Source: Amphiscolops sp. MND2022 (taxonomy: Eukaryota). Taken from it: DNA of 64,000 nt. Under the pieces are notes generated by a model. It was not told the DNA's origin and ran no database searches. It worked only from the letters and a program-made list of their open reading frames with translations. The translations under genes were made by a program, and so were the position numbers. The stretch spans positions 55,368,001 through 55,432,000 of the forward strand of contig OZ076409.1 in NCBI GenBank assembly GCA_964187785.1, written 5' to 3'. Below are positions 42,501-54,500 of the stretch, piece after piece; position 1 is the stretch's first letter, and every line of letters begins with the position of its first letter.

Positions 42501-45500
42501 CATCTTGGGATTGATATTTGTGAGGTCGGTCTCCCTGTCTGACAGGATTGGAATTTTGTATTTGCTTTTTTCCGTTCTTTCGGAAATTGTTTGGTTATTG
42601 ATTGTTCTTGTTAGCTGTTCCGATGACATCGGTCCACCCTCCGTTGAATTGGGTGAGTGTTTTCGTTTTCCATAATTTCTTCTGTTCAAATTGCTGACTG
42701 CGCCATGAAGTAAGGTAAAGAAGCAGGAGGTTAATATAATGAATTAAAACAGCGTAAGTATCAATGACTATTCATACAGCTAAGTGTATCTTCAACGCTT
42801 TTCACATGTTAATCTATATATGTGAGCTACATGACTTCATGAATTTGGCAGGTACTGAGTTGTTCTCTTTTAGTTTTGACCTTGAAGTCGTTCTTTCTAT
42901 GCCATTCCACAGTATGCTCGACTCAAAACTACACTTAGACTTCCTTACAAGTCTCCAAACTCTTTTAGAGACATTGGTTACGTAATAATGGATCCGTTTC
43001 GAACGAAAGACAGCAGAATTTGAGATAGTTTGTGTGTTGTTTTTTTTCGGACACCAGGAGACTTTTGATACCTATTTCCGTACTGAGACAGTTCAACAGT
43101 ACTGGTGAAACAAAAGATCGGAATGCAGAGAAAATCACTCTTCAGAATGTTATTGTTTGTGAATAAGGTACCGAAACTCGTTTAATTTTCAATTCATTAT
43201 TGCCAATTATTCAAAATGGGACCCTTTTTACCTAATCAAATCTTGGTGGCCGTGACTTTAGCCGCTCGTTAATATAACCGAATGGTAATAAAGAAGATTT
43301 TGCATATCTTGAATTTCATTGACTTGGATTGATTACAAACATTCATAAAAGTTTCATCATTCAAATCTCACCGTCGACCAATCACAGTTGAGAATATCAT
43401 TCGGTTCTGCTACTATATTTTTTTTCTTCATTATTATCGAGCGGTTATACTCCCTATCGCCTCTTCAACGTACGATGATTCGTGTGGCATACACAGAAAA
43501 CTTGTCCTTCAACCGTACCATATGATATACGGACACAGACAGACATTGGCCTGTTGACCAACAGACTCTAAATGCTGTCACTTTTTGTTTATTAGATGCT
43601 ATTAGATTTGTTACCATTTGTCACGATTGAGATTGTGATGTAGAGATTGATACATGAGAATACAGTTAACTCTTGAACTAAAGATCCGTTTTACACCGTG
43701 GAACATTGGATTACAACAATTCGAACCTCTAGAAAATGCCTAGACGTCTTTACCTGTCATCACATTATCACCTTTGACTTTCGAAAAAATTTTCGGTTTG
43801 AAGAAAAACTGACAGTTTGAATTGCAGTGGTCAAAGTGCTGAAATGAGCTTCCGTTTTTCGGTTCCCAAAGTAGTGTTCAAATGCTCCCAAAGCTATTTG
43901 TTAGCCGCTAACTTCGACAAAATACGGTGAATGTGCCCCGTTTACTAACAATTACTTCAAGAAAGATTGAAAGTGCAAAAGTGACGATTTTTCAATACAT
44001 TTATATCATTGACCTTCATATAGTTTTCCTTTTCAGAGTTCCCTGTTTTGGAATAGGGTGTGTTTTTAGGGCATACAAGTAAAATTTGTAAAAAAGGCAC
44101 TTAAAAATGACCTACGAGCTGGTTTCAACTTTGGGTTGAATCTGAGTGACAACGTCTCTGTTGTGTGGGCGGCTGCAGTAAGCGTAGTAATAGTTTCCTT
44201 CGTCGTCAACCAAACGGTAAGATGAATCTTTATTGAAATTCGCTTTCATTGCTTTATCGCAGTCATCGTAAGCTATCATAGGCTGATCTTTGGGGCGACA
44301 AATCAACTGCCCAGCTTTCACATCAATTCGTTCATTTTTACTTCTATCCAGCGCTACCAGTTTGAAGCCGCTAACAGGCAAAAGGGTCTGATCATCAACA
44401 TTGATGATGTCATCGTAATTGTTTTCATTGGTGTGGTCGCATTGGCATCCCTTGTCGGAACACGATCCTGGAAAAGCGTGGAGTATAATCCTAACACATG
44501 TTCTTGCGCTACATTATGCCAACAGAGCCCAAATATAGGTTAGAGAATGGTAATCACATGTACGAGCAGAAAATAGATGCTATTTTTAGATGCTATCAAT
44601 GTATTTATATATGTATTTATAAATTTTTGATGTTTGCATCTGAATAACCACTTAATTAATTTTGGTTTTGAGAGAAGAAGTTCGGGATTGTTCCCCAGAT
44701 ACACCTTGTTTCTTATTCCCCAAACACGAAGCCGTTTTGACACTTGATTGCACTTGAAAGCCCCGATTTTAATGCAAATTATGTCATTATGTCTGCCATA
44801 AACTGAAATGAGCAACAAAAAAGATAGCTCCATTTTGAATAATTCACAAAAACATAAATAAAATTAGCGCTTTGTTTACAAATATTACGATTTTGAAAAA
44901 CCAAATTAAAAAAATCGCTGGGGTGAAATGAACGCACATCAGTAAAATAGTTCAGCACTGAAAATATTCGTTGCTCAATAAGCGTCTTGATGAGTTGATT
45001 GAATGCAATTAACTTTTTGACTCAATTTTGGCGTCAAAATGAAACTTGTTCTTAATCTCATTTTAATATTTAAATAATTGAATAATTCAAATGATATCTT
45101 TTCGTGAACGCTGTTAATTCAAATCAATACGACAAAATTTCTGACAACGAAATTTCTAGCGACGAAATTTCCGCCTCCCTTACCTAGAAGGAGAAATCGG
45201 TTGTTCAGGCTTACCAGTTTCTGCGAAGGGACACATTCCAGGTTCCGGTCCTCCAAAATCTTTGGATAAATCTCCATTGTATCCCACAATTGAAAACTTT
45301 TCAGCCAGATTCGGTCCGTAGTGACAGCATACACTAAACGCAAACATTAAACTGTCACTGCAATATTGAGAGTATCCATACAGAAAAGCATGAAACCTTC
45401 ACACGAGAAGCTTAAATAATGAACTCGATTACTATCAAGCTGGGTGTTTGCCAGATATTCGAATAATCGGGTCCCGCTAAAAACATTTGTCAAAATTACA

Positions 45501-48500
45501 GCTAAAATTGAAGAATTTAGTTTGCAACGTCCCAAGTTAGCTATCCCAGGTGTTGGAATCCCCTGAAAAGAATAAAATCAACTGATTGGTTATTTGACTC
45601 GGCCTTTCTCCTTCCAGCAAGCTTTGAACCCTCCAGTTCAGCCTCTGTCAAAACCTGCTGCTGGACCAGCTATGGCATGCTTTGAGTTGCTCCTGAATTC
45701 AGATAATTGTTGTTATATCAACGTAGCTAGCTAGTCATTATAGCAAGTTTTTATGATTCAGGACATTTTCTAGTAGGCGGTTTCAGCTTCGAAGATTTGA
45801 CCTGAAAAATTACCTTTTTTAGTTTTAAAATACTAAACAGTAAGATATGTTTATAATTTTCAACATTATCAAAAACTGGAAACTGTCAGTCAACACTGAC
45901 AGTACTCGTTTCGACGGGGTTAACACCTCGAGACTCAAGACGGACCGCAACGGAAATGAAAAAAAATTTCAAAATAAATTCCTCTGTAAACAAATGAATA
46001 TTTTCACATACAACTTCTTTCAGACTATTTAAGTTAGAAAAATGTGGAGCAAAAATGGAAAATTACGAACTGTATTTGTTGTTGGCATTCTTGGTCAGGT
46101 TGCATCACGAGTGCTCTCATTTTTTCAATTATGTTCTTGTTGCCTTCTTTGTATTGGAAGTCCTTCGTCTTTGTATTCTTGCTCGGGTTACATCTCCCAG
46201 GTGTGGGACCTGCGATTGTGATAGGGCCTTCACATTTAACCTGCAAACAGACGTCACTTAGCTGCAAATACTTCATTAAACATGAGGTTGTGGTTCGCAC
46301 AGGTTACTCATGCAGAACTACCTGGGTTTCGTGTATACATTATTGTATTTTTTTTGTCACTCTTCTTCTTCTTCTTCTTCTTCAAAAAACAGAATCTATT
46401 ATTTCTACTTCTTCAAAAAAGTAGAAATACTAGAAGTAGTAAAAAATGTCATTTGAAAAAGCTGTTGCTTTTCCGCAATGGTCTGGGTGAAGCCGTAGTT
46501 TCAAAAAGAATTACTCAAGGTCACAAAGGTCCGAGTGCCCACTAGTGCGCTTTTGTTTTCTTTTCTCCGCCAAATGCGTTATTTTTTGGCTCGATCACAT
46601 AGCTATACTAGGGACGAAGGACTTGCCTCAGGCACAGCAAAGGTCAGTTGAAAAAGAATCCGTTTTTGGTTTTCTGAGCTCCTAGCTTTCCTTATAAACT
46701 AAATCATGGGTGGAAAGAAGAATTATGCCGAAATACCATTTTAAAATATATTTTTCTGAGCTAAATATAATGATAGCTACCAAATGTAGCTCTGAAAATT
46801 CATATTCATAGCTATAAAATTGAAACATTTTTGAGGCGTTCGATGTTTCTGTGAAATTACCAAGAAACTGTTGCGAAAAGAGCAAATGAAATGCTATAAT
46901 ATAATTCAACTGTTTGAGGCCCAGTTGCCTATTTTTCCTAAGATTGATTATGGCATGGTTGGTTGGTTAACAAGGCACAAAGTGGGGACCAGTATCGTCC
47001 CAATAGATGAATGATATGAACTAACTGTCATCTTGTCACTCTCGGCATCAGACAGGTAAATAGTTTTGTCTGATTTTTCTGTTTCCCCTAGAACTCCCAA
47101 CTCGATGGCATGAGAGCAACTCCTTGGTCTGGGCTTACAGCCATTGATTTCGTCCGGAGTTCCACTGTAGCCGGGCTTGCAACTGCACTTGAAACTTCCT
47201 GGCTCGTTGGTGCACGTGGCCCTAGATGGGTCATCACACGGCCAGTCTTCCGGGTCTGCTGGACTGCATTCGTCGATGTCTTAACAAATGTAGTGAATGA
47301 ATTGGTCCCAAATTTAGAATTCAGACATTCTCAAATCATGATTTTATGTGGAACGTTAACAGTCTAATTGCAAATTGATGATTCATGATTTTTATAAGTC
47401 ACCGTCAGTTTCACCGAAAAAAAAAGAAAAACGTGAACGTCTCAAGTCAGCACCCGCTTAAGGCCTAAAGTTTCATAAATATCCACAGAGTGGCTCGCAG
47501 CAAATTGTCATAATTTTTAGAAACCGAAAAAAATTGGAAGAGGAGCTTGTTGTCTCGAGCAATTTTTATGGAAGCAACAAATAACAAGCCGGAAACAACC
47601 CGAATACGCGCTCCGTTCAAGGTTCAAATGAAAGTTTCTTATATATGCAAAGGAACACAATTGAGAAAGTTTCATCAATTTTTCAATACCGAAAAATACC
47701 CCAAGGGATACGGATAAGTCTTTGGTTCCAGCCTACTATTGCAAACAAAAAATTTTTTGGTTTAGTGCGAGACTCAAACCCACGTACCCCTGCTTCTCAG
47801 AACTCGCCGCCACGACGGGAAATCAGCGTTGACCACTAGTGTCAGTGAGAAGTTACTTGAAAAGTTGAAGAACTTTGGAGAATTTGTTTTGGACAGATCA
47901 GGTGCATCAAAAAAAACTGGAAGAAAAGCCACGACTGTAGTCGCTCTTCTTTAAAGAAAAGCGCCGACTAGAAAACGAGTGACAGTAATAGTCGGGTCCT
48001 TTTGTTCCAAAAGCGCCGACTGAAAAGACGTCCACTAATCACCAAAAACCTTTTTCGTGTTCCAATAATTAAGGTACATTCATAAAAAATGTTCTCTATT
48101 CAAAAAGTTATTTAAAGTTAGCGCAAAAATCTTATTTGAAAATTTTCTTTCTTTGGCTTTTTTTGCGACTTTCTAGATTTTTTTAAAAAATGTGCGAAAA
48201 TCAAAAATACATTCACTTTGAACTTAGTTTTTTGGTCACTCAGTGCGGAAAACCATGTGATCAAGATTTGCAAACATTAAAAACTAGTCCTCGGTCGGGT
48301 CCGAGAACACCCTAGCCACTAGAGTCGTCGTGAACAAACTCTGTTCAAAAAGTGGACTCTTTGGTGGGGTGGACTCTGGGAAAATTTAAACATTTTCAGA
48401 AAAAGTGGCAGTGCCGAAAAAAGCCAACTTTTTCTCGCCTTAAAATGTAAAAAAGTACTTCAAAAACAATAGCACAATCCAGAAATATCAAAGGGAGGAC

Positions 48501-51500
48501 CCATTGTACTGTTTTGTTCTGTTGGTGATGTAAAAGTGAGGAAATTTTAAAGGGGTGGTTTCTTAGCACCTGTTGGTGCACTTTCGTTCTTAGGCAAGGA
48601 GATTGTAAGAAGTGTACCTTTCAGAGTTGAAACTCTGCTCTCACAAAAATGTTTCATTATTTTCCAATGTAAGAGTTGCTCACTTTTTCTTTCAAAAAGC
48701 ACCGACTAAAAACAAAGACAAAAGGAATATTTTGCTCAATTTCCTGGTAGGACACTGCCTCCAAGTTATAATAAAAGACTGGCCACCACGTGGTCAAACC
48801 ATGGTTGCCTTATTGGAACGTGATTTGTAAATAGCTTGCTCAATGTCACATCTGATGTTACTTCTCACCATTTGTTCTTTTATTTAGCAGTTATAGCCAA
48901 AAGCGTCATTTTATGATATGTCCAGATCACTGAAGTATACGATAGGCATGAAGGGCCTATTCAACAGAGGTACTTGAGAGATACCAATCTAGTATTGCAC
49001 TAGGCCGAATGATCTAGCAACTGAGCCGCTGATAGCAAACGGAAAAATATTAACTTCTTACCTTTTCAAATGTAATTTTTTTATATCAGCTACTTGTAGT
49101 TTTAGCGTTTCCTGGAGTCTCCACCTGTTATTCTATATATTTTATTGAAACTTGAAAAAAGTCTACCAAATCAAGATGAGCTTTGAAGTATTCTTTTAGA
49201 AAGCAAACAGTAAAGTGCTGCTGTTTCTCACGAAAAGTAACAGATTCTACTCGGATTCATGACTCTTTTTTCATGAATTAATTTACATACCGTTTTCAAT
49301 CGAATCCTGGTTAAACTGTTTTACAATTCACATCATAATTGAAGGCAAAACTTCCATGGCTGTTATTAAAGACATGGTAATCTCTGAGTTTGCATACATG
49401 CCATTCATGTAATACCTGTGCATGTTTCTCCATCTCCTTCGTACCCATCGTCACAGACACACTTTTCATTTTTGCAGTCGGCTTTTGTATGACACTCGGT
49501 ATTCACTCGGCACTCACCAGGGGCTGAGAAAAGTGATAATTTCAATAATAGGAGAAATGAATAACGGGAAAACATATACAAAATTTTTCCATCTAATTTC
49601 GAGAAATGAAAAAATCTGACACATAGTACAAAGAGAAACATTCAATCAAGATCTTGTAAAACATCTGGCAGAAAAGTTGCTTTGAACCTTCCAGATTCCA
49701 GTCGATAATCTCTAGAACTTAAATTAGGATCAGTACACTTTGCAGCTTATTTTTCCACATTGATCTTGTAAATAGAAAAGTTGAGTTGTTTTCTATGGAT
49801 TAGTGAACGTTTCTGCTTCTTATCAAAAGAATCCCAGTTTCTTCAAACAGCTTTTATCAGCTGTGTGAATTTAGTTTGTCATAGTTTTGATAGATGATGG
49901 CAAAGCCTAGATGGGAAAGAAGAGAGGGAACTCACGCAAGCAGTAGTTGACCCCGTCGCCAACTCGGAATTCAGGTAGACATTCGCATGAGACTGTTCCG
50001 TCATCCTCATTCATGCATTCAGCTTTCTCGTGACATGGCTCCAAACTGCATGGATCCAAATCTGTGAAACATTATAATTATAACAATACATATTAAGAAT
50101 TAGGATATCATGGAGTGAAAATTTTCAATCAACTTTTAGCAGTCATTTTTTCATTATCAATTTTGATGACCAATTTGTAGTAAATCCCTATAAATCAAAC
50201 GTATTGTTGTATTGAAACAACGTTTGATGTATTTGAATTCGCTGAAAATTGATCGATCGTCCCTTAAGGTCTAAATTCATCAATTGTACTAATAAAACAT
50301 AAAACTCAATTTTCCAAAATTTCATCGAAAATAGATTCATCATTTTGGAAGAAAAATATGTTCTTCCAAAATGATGAAACTATTTTCGATGGAATTTTGG
50401 AAAATTGAGTTTTATTAGTACATCTGAACCATTTAGACTTTTTGAATCTCAGTGATTCAAAGGGTGATTTAATTGCTGTTAATTAATCAGCACCATCGTC
50501 GATACCCTATGGTACCAAAAAGCTACAGACAGTTAATATCAAAGGCGAAAATTTTGAAAGTGTATTTTGTCTTGGGATATGAGTTCGACAAAAAAGTACC
50601 AGAGCAAAAGTTTCTCAAAATTACAACGATATTTTTGCTTTGAATTCGAATAAAATTTTAAAAAGTAGTATCACATGATATTTTGATGAATTTTTGAATT
50701 TTGAGCTCTATCACGCAAAATCTCGAAACTGTCTCGACTTCAATTTTGTAGACTTGACACTGCTCTATAAGGCTCCAACTTTTATATCTAACACTGTTTT
50801 TTGAAAATGCTCTCGTAGAATAAACAGCCAAAAACGTTTGCAATTCTGTTGGAACATTATTTTTAAGTAGCAAAATTGAAGAATTCGCATTTCATGACAA
50901 TCTTGCAGTGTAAAATCTTACAAAAATTCGGCCTGCAAAATGATCACAAAATGCGTATATTTAAAAGTCTTTGATGCTTATAATTTCCAAAAAAAATTAA
51001 TAAAGTAAAGCACACCTCCTGGTGTTTAATAATTTTGAATTTTTTGATTTTGTTGTTATATATGATTTCATTTGGCGTTTTAAAGGAAATTCACAGGAGT
51101 TTTTGTCTTCTTTTTCTTAGCTGTTTAGAGAGGAAAAGTTTGAGAGAGAAAAGACCATTCCCTGCGAAACGCTAAAGTTGAGAGTACCAAAATGTTACCA
51201 TTTGTTGCTTTTATATATTCTTTGATTGACACTGACTTTTTCTAAAAAAATCCTCAAGTGCAACAATGAATTTTTAAGAGATTTTTGTGAAATGTATGCC
51301 CTTTTCCATAGTTCTCAACTGAACTTTGCAAATCTTACAAGAATTTTGCAAAAAAGAGTTTTTTTCAACTTAGGGTTAGGAATCTGAATCAAAGGTACAA
51401 AGTTTATCTCGTAATTTTTTGTAACCATGAGCTCTCTTTGAGATACTGCATGATAAAATTCCAAAAATGCCAAAAGTCAGAAATAAAGCTCAGTGTTATT

Positions 51501-54500
51501 ACTTTGGTCATTTTCGCTTGGTTTCGATGAAAGACGCCCGCTGACCAGCAGAATAATTTTTGTCACACTGTTCTAGCAATGACATATTTTTGAGGTCAAG
51601 AGTAGCCAATGCACTATCAAATTGCATAGAAGTTTGAAATAATTTCCTGACCCTTTTTTGATTAATGTCATCGCATTTCAAAAGGAAACAATTACTTCAC
51701 GAACACACTAGATACCTAATTTAGGTGTTTTGTTGTTAAACAGTTTGGATACCAGTCCCTAACAGCTAAATGGTTTTAATTGTGCACGCAAAGTCACTGA
51801 AAACTTCCGAATTGAGATAATTCTGATTTTTTGAAGATTTTTAATACTGTTTTAGGGTCATTTTGAGGCTGTTTATTAACGTGAAACTGCAATTGACCTA
51901 GAAACCGATTACTGTGAAACACAATTGCCTGTTGTTAAAAGTTTTCATTCTTCTAACAAACGAAATTCTACGGAAACTTGATAAATTTCTGAGAAAAACT
52001 TTCTGCGAAAAACTGAGAAACTCAGAAACTTCTCTGAATTTTCGACATTTCTGCTCATTTTGAGAAACGTTTCTATCTAATTACTCTTCGAACTTCACAA
52101 TTTCTCAAAATTTCCAGGAAATTGTTGAAAAAATTGAATTTTTCTGTTTTTAGATAATTAGATAATTCTGATTTTTTTGAAGATTTTTAATACTGTTTTG
52201 GGGTCATTTTGAGGCTGTTTATTAACGTGAAACTGCAATTGACCTAGAAACCGATTACTGTGAAACACAATTGCCTGTTGTTAAAAGTTTTCATTCTTCT
52301 AACAAACGAAATTCTACGGAAACTTATATATTTCTGAGAAAAACTTTCTGCGAAAAACTGAGAAACTCAGAAACTTCTCTGAATTTTCGACATTTCCGCT
52401 CATTTTGAGAAACGTTTCTATCTAATTACTCTTCGAACTTCACAATTTCTCAAAATTTCCCTGAAATTGTTGAAAAAATTGAATTTTTCTGTTTTTCGAC
52501 ATACTGAGATCATTCTGAAGTTTTCTTCAAGCAAAACACTGCATGTTTCTTTTTACATGTTTGTTCGTTTTTGAGTGTTTTGAACCTTCTAGCTACAAAA
52601 TTTCTCCAAAACTGTACACAAACTGTGGGAAAAACACAACCTCTAGAAAGATTTGGGTTTTGATGTCCAGGTGTAAAATTGAGGCATATTTTTTATGATA
52701 ACTTGCATTTACGGTTTCAAAGCGTTTATTCTGACATAAAATTAAAACAATATTTCAATGTTGCAAAGTTCTAATTTACGAAATTATTCATGGTTTTGAG
52801 AAAAAATGTGTTAAAAACGTCAAAAAATTTGACTTTTTGGGTAATCTGGGTTTTGAGACTCTTTTCGACAATGATACTGCAAGTGATTTTCAAAAAGTGT
52901 TGAAAGTTTTCATTCTTCTAATATACGAAATTCACGAAATTTCCAACAGTACTCGTTTTCGGAAAATCTTGGATTTTCGACTCATTTGGGTTTTTCTGAG
53001 ATTATGTTCTTCCAAGAAAACTGCATAGTTTTCATTCCAAAGCGTACTGCATAGCTTGATAAATCGTCTGGAGCTTTAAGACCATCTAGTTCAAGAAAAA
53101 TTTCGCAAACAATCACTAAAAATGGAGGGAAAAATTTTGATACTTTATATAATTTTGGTTCATAATAAGGCATTTGTCAAACACAAATCAACAAATACCT
53201 CCCACAGAAGCCAACTGGATTTCTTGCCGAACGATTCTATTAATCTGATCCTCGAAACGTTTCGCAAAGTTCTCAGCCTTTGCGCAAAATTGTTTGAAAT
53301 TTCAATATTCTACTTTCCGACTAACTCGTGTCGTTTTGAAGTGTTTTTGATGTAAAACACTGTAATTTTCTTAGCGAAAAAGACACTATATACCCAATTC
53401 TTCGTATTTGAATGTTTTGAACCTTTTTACCCACAAAAATACTCAGAAATTGTACTCAAATAACAAAGAGAAGCTGCATAATCTGGAAATGTTTGGACTT
53501 TTCAACAATTTTTTCTGTAAAAATAAGGCACATTTTTGTCAGAAATTGGCATTTACCCTTCAAAAAGCCTACTGGACAACGCATTCAGTTGTTGTTGAAG
53601 TTTCATAGTTCTAATCCATGAAAACGGTGAAAGTATTTTCAGAACTTCTGAAAACATTTTCAGAAGTTCGGAAAATACGTTGGAATATCGAAAATTGTAA
53701 AAAGAAAACAGGATTTTTAACTGTTTTGTGGTCATTGTGGCAGTTTTTCCTTACAAAACTGCATTTGCTTCCCCAAACAGCCCTATTGGACAACGAATTC
53801 GCTCGTTGTTGAACGGTTTTAACGTTCTGATTTGTGAATTCTCTTGAAAAGGTAACAAAAACTATCAAAATGTTGACAAAATTTGCAAAAAACCGTTAAA
53901 AATTAGAAAATTATTCAATTTTCACTATTTTTGGGTCATTTTTGGGTGATTCTGGGGTCTTTGAGGTCAACCAAAAAAGTCCACAACTTTCAAAAAACAC
54001 ATCGCATGATACTAATTTTACGTCAGTTGAATCCTATGGGTGAAGCCCTTTAGCTTGGATAAACTTGGTGTTTCGCGGATTTTGTAAAAACAAGACGGGA
54101 ACGTCTAATGTCGGCGCTATATCTAAGGCTCAAAAAGCGCAAAAGACTTTTTTTGGAAAACAAAACTTGATTTTTTTGAATTTTTTTCTTTAAGAAAATA
54201 TCGCATAGTGCTGAAAAATGTAAAAGGGGGGACCCTTTGAGCTTTATTAACATATATTCTGTTGCAAAATATCAAAAATCTCGAGAGGGGGACTCTTTTG
54301 AGACATTAAAAAACGCTAAAAAAATAAAAAATGAAAGGGGGACCCATTTGCAAATTTCCGTTGACCGGACTTGGCCTTATGGTAGTAGTTTTAGTAGTTT
54401 CGATTGTAAGAAAAGTGGCCCAATCTGAGTGAGATTGTAGTCTGACGAAAAAAAACTAGCCAATGTAATAATCGGGCTCTTTTCACTAGAAAAGCGCCGA

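Noticed and set aside
45347..45692. Exon-like segments with acceptors at 45562 and 45692
   Set aside because: Stops or no motif; the flanking exons already join in frame.
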